DNA from: Amoebidium appalachense
Taxonomy: Eukaryota > Protista > Ichthyosporea
Reading direction: 5' to 3'
Length of the DNA: 64,000 bases
Assembly (NCBI GenBank): GCA_963693365.1
Contig: CAVNZM010000017.1
Location: 4,259,375 to 4,323,374 of the forward strand
Shown: positions 52,741-64,000 of the stretch, piece after piece
How the letters are laid out: every line of letters begins with the position of its first letter
Numbering within the stretch: position 1 is the first letter of the stretch
Program-made: the position numbers and the translations under genes
Notes under the pieces: model-generated
The model's database searches: none
Told to the model about the DNA's origin: nothing
The model's input: only the letters and a program-made list of their open reading frames with translations

Positions 52741-53778
52741 AGGGGGGGGGTATGAGGGGGTAACGTTATGAATGAATGAAGCACAATATACCCGTGGCAC
52801 ATAGAAGCAAGATGTGTGTGTCTACAGATGTCGCAGCTTTTGAATTTTTAGGGTTTTTCTACACGTCAAAAAACCACAAATCAAAAAATTCGTGGACTTC
52901 CCCTTTCTCAGTGTTATTCTACTGTGACGCGTTCTGGTACATATGCAAAGGTTACTGGTATATATAGCGCTTGGGAATGTTAGTGTGTGTGTGTGTGTCT
53001 GTGCTTGTGGTGTTTGGATTTGTTGTTTTGGGGCTCCGGAGCAGAGGGGGGGGGGAGGGGGGGGGGGGGTTGCATAAACTTGTTGTTTGTTACTCGAGCT
53101 TCAGGCTCTGTGAGCCATTTTCAAATCGTCGAAATAAACCTTTGTGCATGCGAAATTTGACGTTAATTTTGCTTGTGGTCCAGCCACTATGGCAAAAATC
53201 GCCTTGGCACGATCGGTGGTAGTGTGGGCCCATACTGACTAGTACTAGTGTCGTTTTGCAAATTTGATTTATGAACACCGGTACCGTGTGGAATATACAA
53301 GAGATAGAGCGAATTAGGCAGGTACCTATGCTGGTGTTAAAGATACTATGATACTGAGTTTTAAAACAATGTCGTTAGGAAGAACTCTGAGAAAAAGCTT
53401 AAGAATAAACTAGGGGAGCGCCAACGTTGTACACTAGTTCTAGTTGGACCAAGCAACACCTAATAACTTAAACTACTTAAAACCCTTAATCAGAATATTA
53501 CTAATAATATCATCATAAAGCGGTTCCGCAATGGTGCCAAGCAACCTCTTACCATAAATGGGTAGCCAGACCATCGAGTCTGCGTCAAGACGAATGCGTG
53601 CAATACCCCCCCCCCCCCCCCCCCCCCCCTCCCCCCCCCCATCCCTCACCCCTGCCCCCGCCATTTTATAGCCAAAATCGGTTTATTATAAACACCAATT
53701 ACGCACATTTTAAACTAAACATACGTCCGCACTGGCACCACACACGGGCTAGATAGCTCAGATTCTTGTAAGAACCAT

Positions 53779-55353
53779 TTACTCCAAAGGGGGCAACGTT
53801 TCAAATTGACCACCATCTGCTGTTCCCTCCGACTGGTTCGGAGACCCGAAAGTGGCCACACCGGCTGTGTCGTTCACAACCTTGCGCTTACTCACGCCAT
53901 CACCCCTCATGCCACCATTGCTGGAATCAACGCTGCTGTTTGCGAGAACATCGAGAGGCTCGAGCTCCGTTAAATAAACCGCCTGGTGCCCACCATTCTC
54001 ACGTGTCAGGTCAACCATATCTACCGGGTTTCCAAAGACTGTGCTGCCCATGATGTCTCCAAAATGACCGTCCAGAAGATTGTTAATAGCATCAAACATG
54101 TCGTGATGATAATTGGGGGCACCAGTTGTGTTGAGGGGGTGAGCCGTTGCTGATGCTTCGTTTCCTGCGTAGCCGTTGAAGTAGTATTGTGCCTGTTCAC
54201 CGATCATAACTGGTAGTTGTGAGGGATCGAACGGGGTAGGAATGGGGGTATTCATGTCGAGTGTGTTTGGTGTGAGAAGGTCACAGGGAGGATCAACTTG
54301 CATGTCTTGCGGGGAAGGAGGACGGGTGGGCATGGCTGCTCCGTTGATGTCAATGTCCCAAAAACCATTGAGGGGGGATAGCGAATGTTGCGTGGTTTCG
54401 AAGTCGTTAACGGGGATGTCGCTGCTCAATGATGCGTTGACCGGTGCTGATGGAAGCGAAAACGGGGAACACGATGCAAAGGGAATGGAAGGGGGTTGCT
54501 GCTGGAAAGCCTCGGGTCGTTGGGCTATTAATATGTTTCGCTTGTTTTCAGCTCTTGGTGTCGCATTCGCCCCCGTAGTAGCGGCGTGATGTTGCTTGGG
54601 CCGCACATCGAGCATACCCGGATAGAGAAGGCCCGTCACACCCATTTTGAGGCAGTATTTGTACGTCTTTTCGATGTCTACGCGCAGGTGCGCTTTGCGT
54701 GCAAGCAGCTCTGCTATTCCCATCTGCGCCTTGTTGTACTCTTCTATCAACTCTGCATACTTGGCTTTGATTCCCCCACAACTGCTAATGAACTCACCGT
54801 TGTTGAAAGCAAACCCGTCTTGAAAAGCAAGCTGGGAAGGCTCGTTTGCGTCAAACGATCCCCCACCACTCCCAGATAGACCTCGTGGTGTGGAAGCCGG
54901 CGATGTATCCGTCGAGCCTGATTGTCCGATCTTTGGAAGAAAATTTTGCTTGCAGATGCGACATTCACACCCTTTTACAGGGGTAAGGGGCTGCTTGGTT
55001 ACCCGTGTGCGCGGACGGCCAACTTTGCCTACAGGTCTGATGGGACAAACGGTTAACGTTGCCAGCCCTTTTGGGTTGGAGGGATCTAGCAGGATGTAGT
55101 CTCGCACTTTTCCCGCCGATTTGTTGCTTCCCCGCTTTACGTTTTGGGCCTTGCTTTTAGTGCGAGAACTTTTCGTTTTCTCCGTAAACGGGCAGTCTGA
55201 TGGACAGTCTCCTTGTTCGTTCATGTCTTCGAGGAATGGGACAGACGCCATGGTGTGTTTTGAACACAGCTCGAAGAGGCCAAACGAAGGTAGCCGTGGA
55301 AAAAGAGAGCGGGGATAACAAAAAAGAAAGAGAATAGAGGCTTCCGAAGCCAT
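53779..55353 (-). CDS. Intronless hypothetical protein (524 aa, or 490 aa from the ATG at 55251); possible DNA-binding regulator
   Basis: Long non-repetitive ORF with an AT-hook-like KVGRPRTR, a CECRIC segment, a short coiled coil (IKAKYAELIEEYNKAQMGIAELLARKAHLRVDIEK) and an acidic/Pro-rich C-terminal half. Confidence 0.8.
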   Translation of the reverse strand: MASEASILFLFCYPRSLFPRLPSFGLFELCSKHTMASVPFLEDMNEQGDCPSDCPFTEKTKSSRTKSKAQNVKRGSNKSAGKVRDYILLDPSNPKGLATLTVCPIRPVGKVGRPRTRVTKQPLTPVKGCECRICKQNFLPKIGQSGSTDTSPASTPRGLSGSGGGSFDANEPSQLAFQDGFAFNNGEFISSCGGIKAKYAELIEEYNKAQMGIAELLARKAHLRVDIEKTYKYCLKMGVTGLLYPGMLDVRPKQHHAATTGANATPRAENKRNILIAQRPEAFQQQPPSIPFASCSPFSLPSAPVNASLSSDIPVNDFETTQHSLSPLNGFWDIDINGAAMPTRPPSPQDMQVDPPCDLLTPNTLDMNTPIPTPFDPSQLPVMIGEQAQYYFNGYAGNEASATAHPLNTTGAPNYHHDMFDAINNLLDGHFGDIMGSTVFGNPVDMVDLTRENGGHQAVYLTELEPLDVLANSSVDSSNGGMRGDGVSKRKVVNDTAGVATFGSPNQSEGTADGGQFETLPPLE

Positions 55354-58061
55354 GTACTTTCAAGCCATTCTCTTTACAGCAAACTGGCAGATAAGTGAAA
55401 AGTAAGACAAAGAAATGGGTAAAGAGAGACGAAGTCGAACGTGTTTCCAATCGAGGTTGTTAGATCTCTAAGGCTATGTGTTGCTGTTGGTAATAGGCTT
55501 TACAGAATACCGTCAGAACAAAAATGAAGAATTGGCGTAAGCCTTGTTCTTCGACTAACCTCCGTTCACTTTGAAAAGACACAAACACAAACTCTCCGAG
55601 TAGAGATCTACGTTTACTATGCTGACAAAGGTAAACCCAGACCAGTACTCTGACCAGAATTCACACGCACACGCTAACGTTCTCCCCCTTGAGTCTGTTA
55701 CACTTACACTCACTCGTATGTGATAAAAGTAAAAGGATCACGGATAACCCCCTCAAAAACGTGCCTTTTGTGTGTATGAGTGTGTGTGTGCGTGTGTGTG
55801 TTTGTGCCAGTGTGCCTGTGCGTTTTTTCCCTCCTCTTTTTCACAGTTTTGAGAAGTTGAGTCTTAGAAATTCTGGAATTCGAAAAAAAGAAGGCGAGCG
55901 GTAGATTCCATTCGTGACATTGATGATACTATATCCAATCACGACGCCGATAATCAGACCAAAACTGTTATCCAATGATAAATAGCACAATTTAGCTGTT
56001 AATGGTTAGAGATTCCATAATGATGCGTTCCGGACGAATCGAACACGGCCGCTACAAACAGAGAAAAGCAAATGAAGCCAACAGAACGGCCATTCTGAGG
56101 GGGAGTGTGAGCTGGGAGTGTGTGCGTGGGAGAGCGTGTGTGGGAGTGTGCGTGGGTTTACAGGAGCTGTGTGTGAGTAGGTTTACTTGGAGGGCACAAA
56201 AAGGCTTTTGCTTCACCTGCGGAGATTTTTAAAAATGGCCGTGCTCGTGCATTGTTTTGCCGCTGCAAGCGCTGTGCCTTCATGCACGTGTTGATGTATG
56301 TGTGCCTGTGTCCTCGTTGCTATGTATAACCGCTCGTGCGTAGGTGTGGTTTCTGCGTCCTTTTTGGAAGAAAGCATTCGTTTCGGTGCTTTTGCACGCA
56401 TTGTTTTTGGGCTTGTGTTGTTTGCGTACGTAAGGAACATGGATGTGAGTGCGTGTGCGTGCGAGTGGTGTGTGTTTGTGTTTGTGTGTGTTTGTTTGTG
56501 TTTTTCGTTTGTGCGTCACTGGGTGTAGATGCTTGGGCAGGTGCATTTGGCCGGAGGCCCCCAGGGTGGGCGGGCGGAGCTGAAGGAGGAGGAGGAATGT
56601 GGGGGAGGGGAGGGGGGGTGCGGATGTGTACATCAACTGAGTACCGGTGTTTGGCGATGCACCGATTTGTTAGGTGTGTGCCTGTGTGCGGCCGGGTGCA
56701 TACGCACGCAGGTGCACGTAAGGGTGTTGATGTTTTTGCCATTATTGTGTCTTTACTATGCGGCCTGCACACGTATCAAGATGGCCTTATGTAAAGATGT
56801 ATGGAGTTGTGCATGTGCAACCGAGTGAGGCCTAGTGTGTGATCTTTTGGTGGTGTGTGCCACACCCAACACACACACGTGCATGTAAGTGGATTAATGG
56901 GAAAGCGGAAGAGAGAAGAGGGGGGGGGAGGGGGGGGAGGAGAAGAAAAGATGGGGGAGGGGGGGGGGGGGAGGGGAATCAAGAGGGTTACACGGAGGAC
57001 CGGGGGGGGGGGGGGGGGGGGGGGGGGGAGGGGGGAGGTACATGGGGGAGCTCGGCTGAGCCTGCCGGGGGAAGCCTTCGATCAGTGCCCAAAGCTATAA
57101 AGAGAGCTGATTAGACGTCCCATTATGAATGCACAGTATACTTCAGAATACTGGCAAATAGAGCAGCCCGCCTTCACAGTCTTCACACCCGCACCGAGGG
57201 TAAACATGTTGGTGCCTTGCCGGTGGCTGTATACAATATTAATTGTAGGCATATAGAGGCGAACGTGCACATGTCCCAATTCCTTGCAGATTCAAGTCCA
57301 GGCATATGCCTGCAGGGGTTCATAGGTTTTGTTCTGAAGTGGCATGTAGATGATCGGAAGTCAATAAGAAGGAGGGGAGACCTGGGGTGCGAAGGCGCAG
57401 GAGAGGAGGGGGGGGGGGGGGGGGGGGGGGCACTGAAGAGTGCTTGCAGAAGGACAACCTTACTAAGGGGATGAGCAATGAGGATAGATCTACAGAAAGC
57501 TACGAACCAGAAGGAAGGCGCGGCATAAAGCTAACAGACAGAAAAGAAATCAGGAAACGTACCATGCGGCAAACCAGCTGTCAGCTGCCAGATAATCAGC
57601 TGGTACGACGGGAGGGAGTTGAATTTGCAGGCACATAGGTACAATCCAGGAGACAAGGTAAAAGGCGATTTGTAAAAGGGGAGGTGGGGCTTGGCTGTGG
57701 AGGTGGAATCCCTGGAGAGAGTGAGCGAGGGGAGATGTATGAGATCTTGAAAATCTCTGCTGAAGCGACGGCCTTTATCTGAAACATGCAGTCGCGCCAT
57801 TCACAGTAATGCCTGCTGCATCGCATTTTAGGCTATCCCAGATGCCATAATGCAACGTGCTTTTGGCTCTCCTGACTCACTAGTCATTTTCTTACTCTTG
57901 GGTGGTTTCTTCTTCCCCCTTCCAGCCCCTCCGAACCCCCGCGTAAACTACAGGCAGTTGGGTGCAATGTGCAGAGATGATAGTTCCTCCTCAATTAGTA
58001 TTCAAGAAGCTAATGATTTTGAAAGAATCCACATGAAAAGAGGCCAGTCGTCAACGCGCGC

Positions 58062-58140
<79 letters not shown>

Positions 58141-59625
58141 GTGTGGGTGGGTGTGTATGCGTGCGTGTGCGTGCGCGTGCGCGTGCGCGTGTGCGTGTGC
58201 GTGTGTGTGTGTGGTGTGTGTGTGTGTGATGTGTGTGCATGCTTGTGAGTGTGTGTGTAGCAGTTGTTGCTTGAAGGACAGCACAAAAAGAAACTAAACT
58301 TCATTAGCAGCTTCGTGCATTAAAACAGGCAGATTCTGGCAGCGAGATTGCTCCACTTTTGCACTGAGCTCGTTTCTAACCAAAAAACTCTTGCAGTGAT
58401 GAATTTTTTCTTCCATTCTCCTTGTAAAGGAGTGGCCGCTGTGTCTGGCACCTTGCTCAGTCATGGTTCATTTTAGAACTAGAATTTCAAAACATAAACC
58501 CTATTTTGCTGCCTTTTTCACAGCTTTGCTTTTCAATAGACCAATCATACGCTGTATTTTGAGGTGTTTGAATTTGAAGACCCCACATAGCACGCCTCAC
58601 CGCTGATGCTCCCTCTCCCGGAAAAGCGCACGCACAGGCACACACACACAGGCTTGCCTCTGTCTGCTTGGCTATACATCCCTCTGCCGGTACGGGCGGA
58701 GTGTTCTTGTCAAGCCTCAATAACAAGTATGTTTCGGTTCGTCTCTTAGCTAACACTCTGTGAAGGACTTTTTTTTCCCCGTTTCATTGAGCCTTAATTT
58801 TCATGTTCAGGTGCCTTGTGCCGGTGGATATTTCAAATCATTCCTTCGGGAGAAGATTAGTTTATTCACCACCTGATTTGGTTAACTAAGCATCTACAAG
58901 TGAAAGAGGCAGCTATAACGAGAAACTGCACATGTTTTAGTTGGCGACGCGACGTGTGCTTGCTAGCCAAGTGAAACGCGGTGACAGTCTCGAAAAAGCG
59001 AGAGGGAAAGGGAGAGAGCCGGAGAGTGAGAGTGAGGCAAAGTTTACCTGATCTTCGTCTTTCACCTTTTCAAATTGAAAATCGTTCATAGCTTTTAACT
59101 AAAATAAAAAGATTCAGCTCGATTATTGTTCACCCCCTTCTTTTGGTAGAAACATGGGCATTTTTTATGGGAAGCTTTTTGCCTCCTTCGTTCTGGCCAT
59201 CGTCTTTTTTTGGAGTTGCCAAAGTGGGAACATCAGCCTACTCTCCTATTTCTATTCCTTCCCTATTTCCCTCGCTCTCGCTTCCCCCTCTGGTCCTTCT
59301 TGTAGACCCTTACACTTACAATGACACAGGCACGCACATGCATTCGTGTTTAAACACGTACACTTGTAGGGTACACCTGCAGCAAACACACGCACACAGG
59401 CACGGGCTCGCCCGCCTGCACACACACACACACGCACACACACCTTCCCCCCCCCCCCCCCCCCCCCCCCTGTTCGCTTGCAAGCTGTTCCTTCACTCAA
59501 AACAATATGCAAGAACCTTCCCCCCCCCCCCCCCCCCCAATTGCTCATGATGCGGTTTTGTTGTTTATTTTTGTTTATCCTGCAGGTTTTACGATTGTAG
59601 TGGGTTACCCACGTTGGGATCAGCC

Positions 59626-59812
59626 ATGGCGGAGAAACAGAGTCCCGAGGAGGCAGTGAAGCTCCTCAACGACAAGCACAACACTCTGCTGGAGTGGGCA
59701 GTGCAGCTGGAGTATGCTAAGGATATCCGCAACCAACTGCGCACATGTTACTTGGTGTGTGCCTGTGTGGGTGGGTGGGTGGGTGGGTGGGTGGGTGGGT
59801 GGGTGGGTGGGT

Positions 59813-59845
<33 letters not shown>

Positions 59846-60263
59846 GGTGTTGGGGAAAGGTCGTGCCTGTGTAGGCACGTATGCATGCATACATTATAAT
59901 CACACGGACAAATGTATGAGTATGCGCCCGTATGCTTTTATGCACGGCCCAGGCACACACACGGACACACACACACACAAACACACACACGTGTGCGCGC
60001 ACATAAATGTGGGCACGCGCGCGCACACACACACATACACGGACACATGCACATACGCACCTGTGCGTGCACGCACACGGACACGCCCACACACGCTCAC
60101 GCATACACACACACACTTGCTCAGGCATAGGCACAGGCACGTGCATGGCCTCACATACAACGAAAAGCATGCACATATACCACAAGCCCTCTTGACCCGC
60201 GTGCCCATCCCGAGAAGCCTACACACACGCGCGCACGTGCACGCGCGTGCGCGCGCACGCACG

Positions 60264-60312
<49 letters not shown>

Positions 60313-60468
60313 CCGTCTGCTGCCAAGCCTTTAAGTAAAACAGTGGTGGGAAGTGCTGCCGGTTCTCCGTTCTAGACCTGGACACACAAAAACATGAACG
60401 CACATGCCTCTAGACACACACTCGCACACATGAACACACGAACACACGTGCACTCATATCCCCCCCCC

Positions 60469-60499
<31 letters not shown>

Positions 60500-61148
60500 A
60501 GATCCACCCACAAGCCATCGTGCAAAAACACTTGTGAATATTTGTGTGTGCAGTTGCCCTCTTTCTCCCTCTTTCTCGATTCTTGACTTTGCCACTCTTG
60601 AGTTTCCCCGCCCTTCCCCTCGCCCCCTCACAACCACCCATTCCAAACACACGAAATACACACACACACACGCACACACACACGCACCAGACACAACCAC
60701 TCACACGCACAGACACAGACACATATACACACGTGCACGCGCGCGCACGCGCACACACACACACACACACACACTCGCATTCTTGCATGCACACGAGCAA
60801 ACGCATGCACCCCTGCACTCAAGCAAGCACATTCTAACACTAGCACAAGCGCGCGCGCACACACACACACACACACACATACACCCTACGCACCATACAC
60901 TATACATACACAGGCACATGCATTCCAGGCATGCACCCCTGCACTCAAGCAAGCACATTCTAACACTAGCACAAGTGCGCGCGCACACACACACACACAT
61001 ACACCCTACGCACCATACACTATACATACACAGGCACATGCATTCCAGCGCTCCCACACTACCTGCACTCTCATTACCACCCGTTAGGTTGACCTTTTAA
61101 ACTTCGAAAGCAAAATTCCTTGAAAAGTGGTAGATTCTGTGTGTGTGC

Positions 61149-61223
<75 letters not shown>

Positions 61224-62493
61224 TACGTGCGTTCTTGTGTACGTGCCTGGTCGTGTGCTGGCGGGCTCGTGTGCTTGTGTGGTGTGCATGTGTGCGCGCA
61301 TGCACGCGCACGCGTGCCTGTGTGTGCGCGTGTGTGTGTGTGTGTGTGCGCGCGCTTGTGTGTGTGTGTCCCCGTGTGTCTAGTGTGGAGGGGTTGCCTG
61401 TTCTTCTTGTCGTGTCTGTACTCTTATCTGGTCGGTGCATGCAAGGTCAGCGACCAACATGTGATATCTGCCTGTAGACACACATTGCACGTGCACATGC
61501 ACAGCACAGCACACACACGCACATGCATACGGTCATGCAAAAGGCAGATGTAATAAACTCACACAGACACACACAGACACATGCACACACTCAAAGACCC
61601 ACGCCTGCACGCACACGCACACATGCGCACACGCACACATACAAACATACACATGCATTTATGGCACACGCGCACATACATCCAAGCCCACACTTCCGCT
61701 CGCACACGCGCACACACACACGCACACACATGCACACAGATGCACACACACGACACGACACACACACACACACACGCGCGCGCATGCACACACACAGGCA
61801 CACAGGCACACACATCGCGCCCGCACACGGGAATGGGTGTGTGTTTGCGCACACACTGGCCCATGCTTACACTTGCACTCCTGCACGTACGATAACACAC
61901 TTTTGACAAGCATGTGTGTGTGCCTGCCCACCCACCATGACACATCTATACAACGTGCATGAAGCTTTCCTCCCGCACACACATGCACGAATGCATGTGC
62001 ACACACGCTTTCGTTTGTGCAGCACACACACACATATACACGCACGTGTGTGTGCGCGCGCACACACACACACCCTTTCCCTCTCTCTCTCTCGCGACGT
62101 TTACAGCGGCCACGCACCCACGCACCCATTTTAGGAAGAGAGATGTGTACTATTTTATACAGAACAAAGAACACAAGAATCTAATCTGATCTTCGCCAGC
62201 CGACACACACATGCACGCACGCGCACACACACACACACCAACACAGCCACAAAGAAACATGTGTTCCCCTCCTCCTTCCCCCCTACACACACGCACGCTT
62301 ACGATGCATGCTGTATGTGTGTTCTATAACGCATTTTAACCCCCCCCCCCCCCCCCAACACACACACACACACAAACACACACAGAGGGAGGGGCCCAAC
62401 CACATTGAGAACTGCAAGGACCTCGTCGACGCCTACTGGGTGGCCATCGGCAAGCGACCAAAGCAGGAGTACCCCTTTAACGGCGCCATCTAG
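59626..62493 (+). CDS. NDUFB10: NADH:ubiquinone oxidoreductase subunit NDUFB10 (PDSW/12-kDa), 2 coding exons
   Basis: Exons 59626-59754 and 62386-62493 give ...[22 protein letters not shown]|[17 protein letters not shown]..., matching the family motif L..CY..EG.NH...C..LV..Y. Confidence 0.85.
60803..61048. repeat. Tandem duplication, ~123-bp unit, in the NDUFB10 intron
   Basis: gcatgcacccctgcactcaagcaagcacattctaacactagcacaag...cacatgcattccag occurs twice. Confidence 0.85.
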
Positions 62494-62688
62494 GTGCGTT
62501 TATTGTTAAATTAAAATTTAATATTAAGAACCAAAACTATTTGTGTCTAGATTTTTTTTTTTGAGCTGACAAAAGCAGAAGTACCCCTAGAACAGGGCCG
62601 TCTGGGGGGGGTCTAAAATAGAATATTGAGTTTAGTATTGTGACTATGTTTGTCTAGCTTATATTGAAGGAGGATTTTAAAGCCGTGC

Positions 62689-62722
<34 letters not shown>

Positions 62723-62928
62723 TTTTAAAGCCGTGCTCGGGGGGGGGGGGGAGGGGGCGGGGGAGACAAGAGAGGGGATGTTAGTATGATTCATAACGGG
62801 TGGGACGGATGCAAGTGTTCGTCTTGGTAGTGGTACGAGTACGATGGGGGGATGGTTGGGTGGGTGGGTGGTGGCGGTTGGAGGGGGGGGAAGGGTTGCG
62901 TGAGTTGGTGTGTGCAGTGGTGGTGGTG

Positions 62929-62959
<31 letters not shown>

Positions 62960-63307
62960 GAGGGGAAGGGAGGGGAGGGGAGGGGGGGGAAGGTTGTGTA
63001 TTTTGGGGATTTTCTCTTTGTAATATGGAGCTCTGCTTTTCCCTCGTTGATGTGTTTGACCGCTTTTGATGGGTTATATCTATGCGTAAAGCATCAAATG
63101 CACAAGGACATCTGCATGCACACACACACACAGAGAGAGAGAGAGAGATGGAGAGAGACAGATATGTCGTGCACACGCAAATATGCACGGACCACTCACA
63201 GAAGCCATGTGTACAATGAAGGAGACTCATACCCACACAAAAACACAAACACACCCGCCTCCTGGTTCATGATTGGACTCGTACTCGTCCTCCGACTCCT
63301 ACTTTTC

Positions 63308-63364
<57 letters not shown>

Positions 63365-63572
63365 CAAACAAAGAAAAAGCGGTGGTGGAGTCGTCAGCCT
63401 TGTTTGTTTTTGAAATAAACTGCTTCCGTTTTTACTGCCATTGCTTGTCTCGTGCCCCACGTCTACCCCATAGACATTCACGGCAGTCAACGCTGGGGGG
63501 AGAGGGGAGAGTTGTGTGTGTGTGTGTAGGGGGGGGGGGGGAGGTGGTGGTGGTGGGGGGAGGGGGGGGGGG

Positions 63573-64000
63573 TTTTGAATGCGTCAAAAAGTACGAAGTA
63601 CACAAGAACAAACGGATAACACGATGCAGAATGCAAGCCATACATAAAGAGGATGCAAAATAAGCAGAGCCCATCCTCAGGGGGGGCCCACGTCATCCAC
63701 AGTACCCGAGTTTCGACCTATTCCCCTCGTTAACGTAACCCAACTCAGATACTGTTTCACTTGAACATGAGTAGGTCACCCGTCTTGATCAGAGACGAGC
63801 AGGGTTGCTTATGCAGGCAAGGGCAGTGGGAAAGGCCGGGGGTTAAAGTTGCAGCAGTAAGCAGAAGCAAGAAAAATATAGATAGGAACTCAGGAGACGG
63901 GGCTTCTAGGAAGCTCCCCCGTCGATACCTAAGTCGATACTTCCCTGGCTAACATACTACACCAGCTGAAAAGAATTAAGTCCCGAAGGCCGCAGAATTC
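63573..64000 (-). mobile_element. 3' end of a putative Penelope-like retroelement: ORF C-terminus plus 3' pLTR (subfamily B), running off the window
   Basis: The minus-strand frame 63998-63957 reads ILRPSGLNSFQLV*, resembling the xLxPxGLN end of PLE GIY-YIG endonucleases. It is followed by the longest subfamily-B repeat, which ends in CATTCAAAA plus poly-C. Confidence 0.55.

Noticed and set aside
57080-57830. Possible gene between the orphan ORF and NDUFB10
   Set aside because: The sequence is unique, but I could not build a consistent spliced frame or recognise any motif.

Overview
Eukaryotic, intron-rich genomic DNA. The gene content (CCDC6, NDUFB10, a class C GPCR, a kexin/furin-type prodomain) suggests a unicellular opisthokont, but this is inference. 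Introns and intergenic DNA are filled with (C)n/(G)n tracts and (CA)n/(GT)n/(GA)n microsatellites, so most entries in the ORF track are low-complexity noise. By hand-splicing at GT-AG sites I reconstruct these genes: a partial LYR/FMC1-like gene, PLAC8, AlaX (4 exons), a 93-aa orphan, a PTPMT1-like phosphatase (7 exons), U2 snRNA, a GABA-B-like 7TM receptor with a sugar-binding-protein-like ectodomain, a stand-alone secreted proprotein-convertase prodomain, CCDC6 (9 exons), a 524-aa orphan and NDUFB10. There are also two TTAA-flanked MITEs. The most notable feature is a dispersed repeat with about 20 mostly 5'-truncated copies in two subfamilies. Intact 3' ends read CATTCAAA followed by a poly-C tract, and every intronic copy is co-oriented with its host gene. 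The repeat looks like the pseudo-LTR of a Penelope-like retroelement. It carries all three hammerhead-ribozyme core strands (GUH, GAAA, CUGANGA), with helices that covary between subfamilies, but in a reversed, pseudoknotted order that standard hammerhead descriptors would miss.
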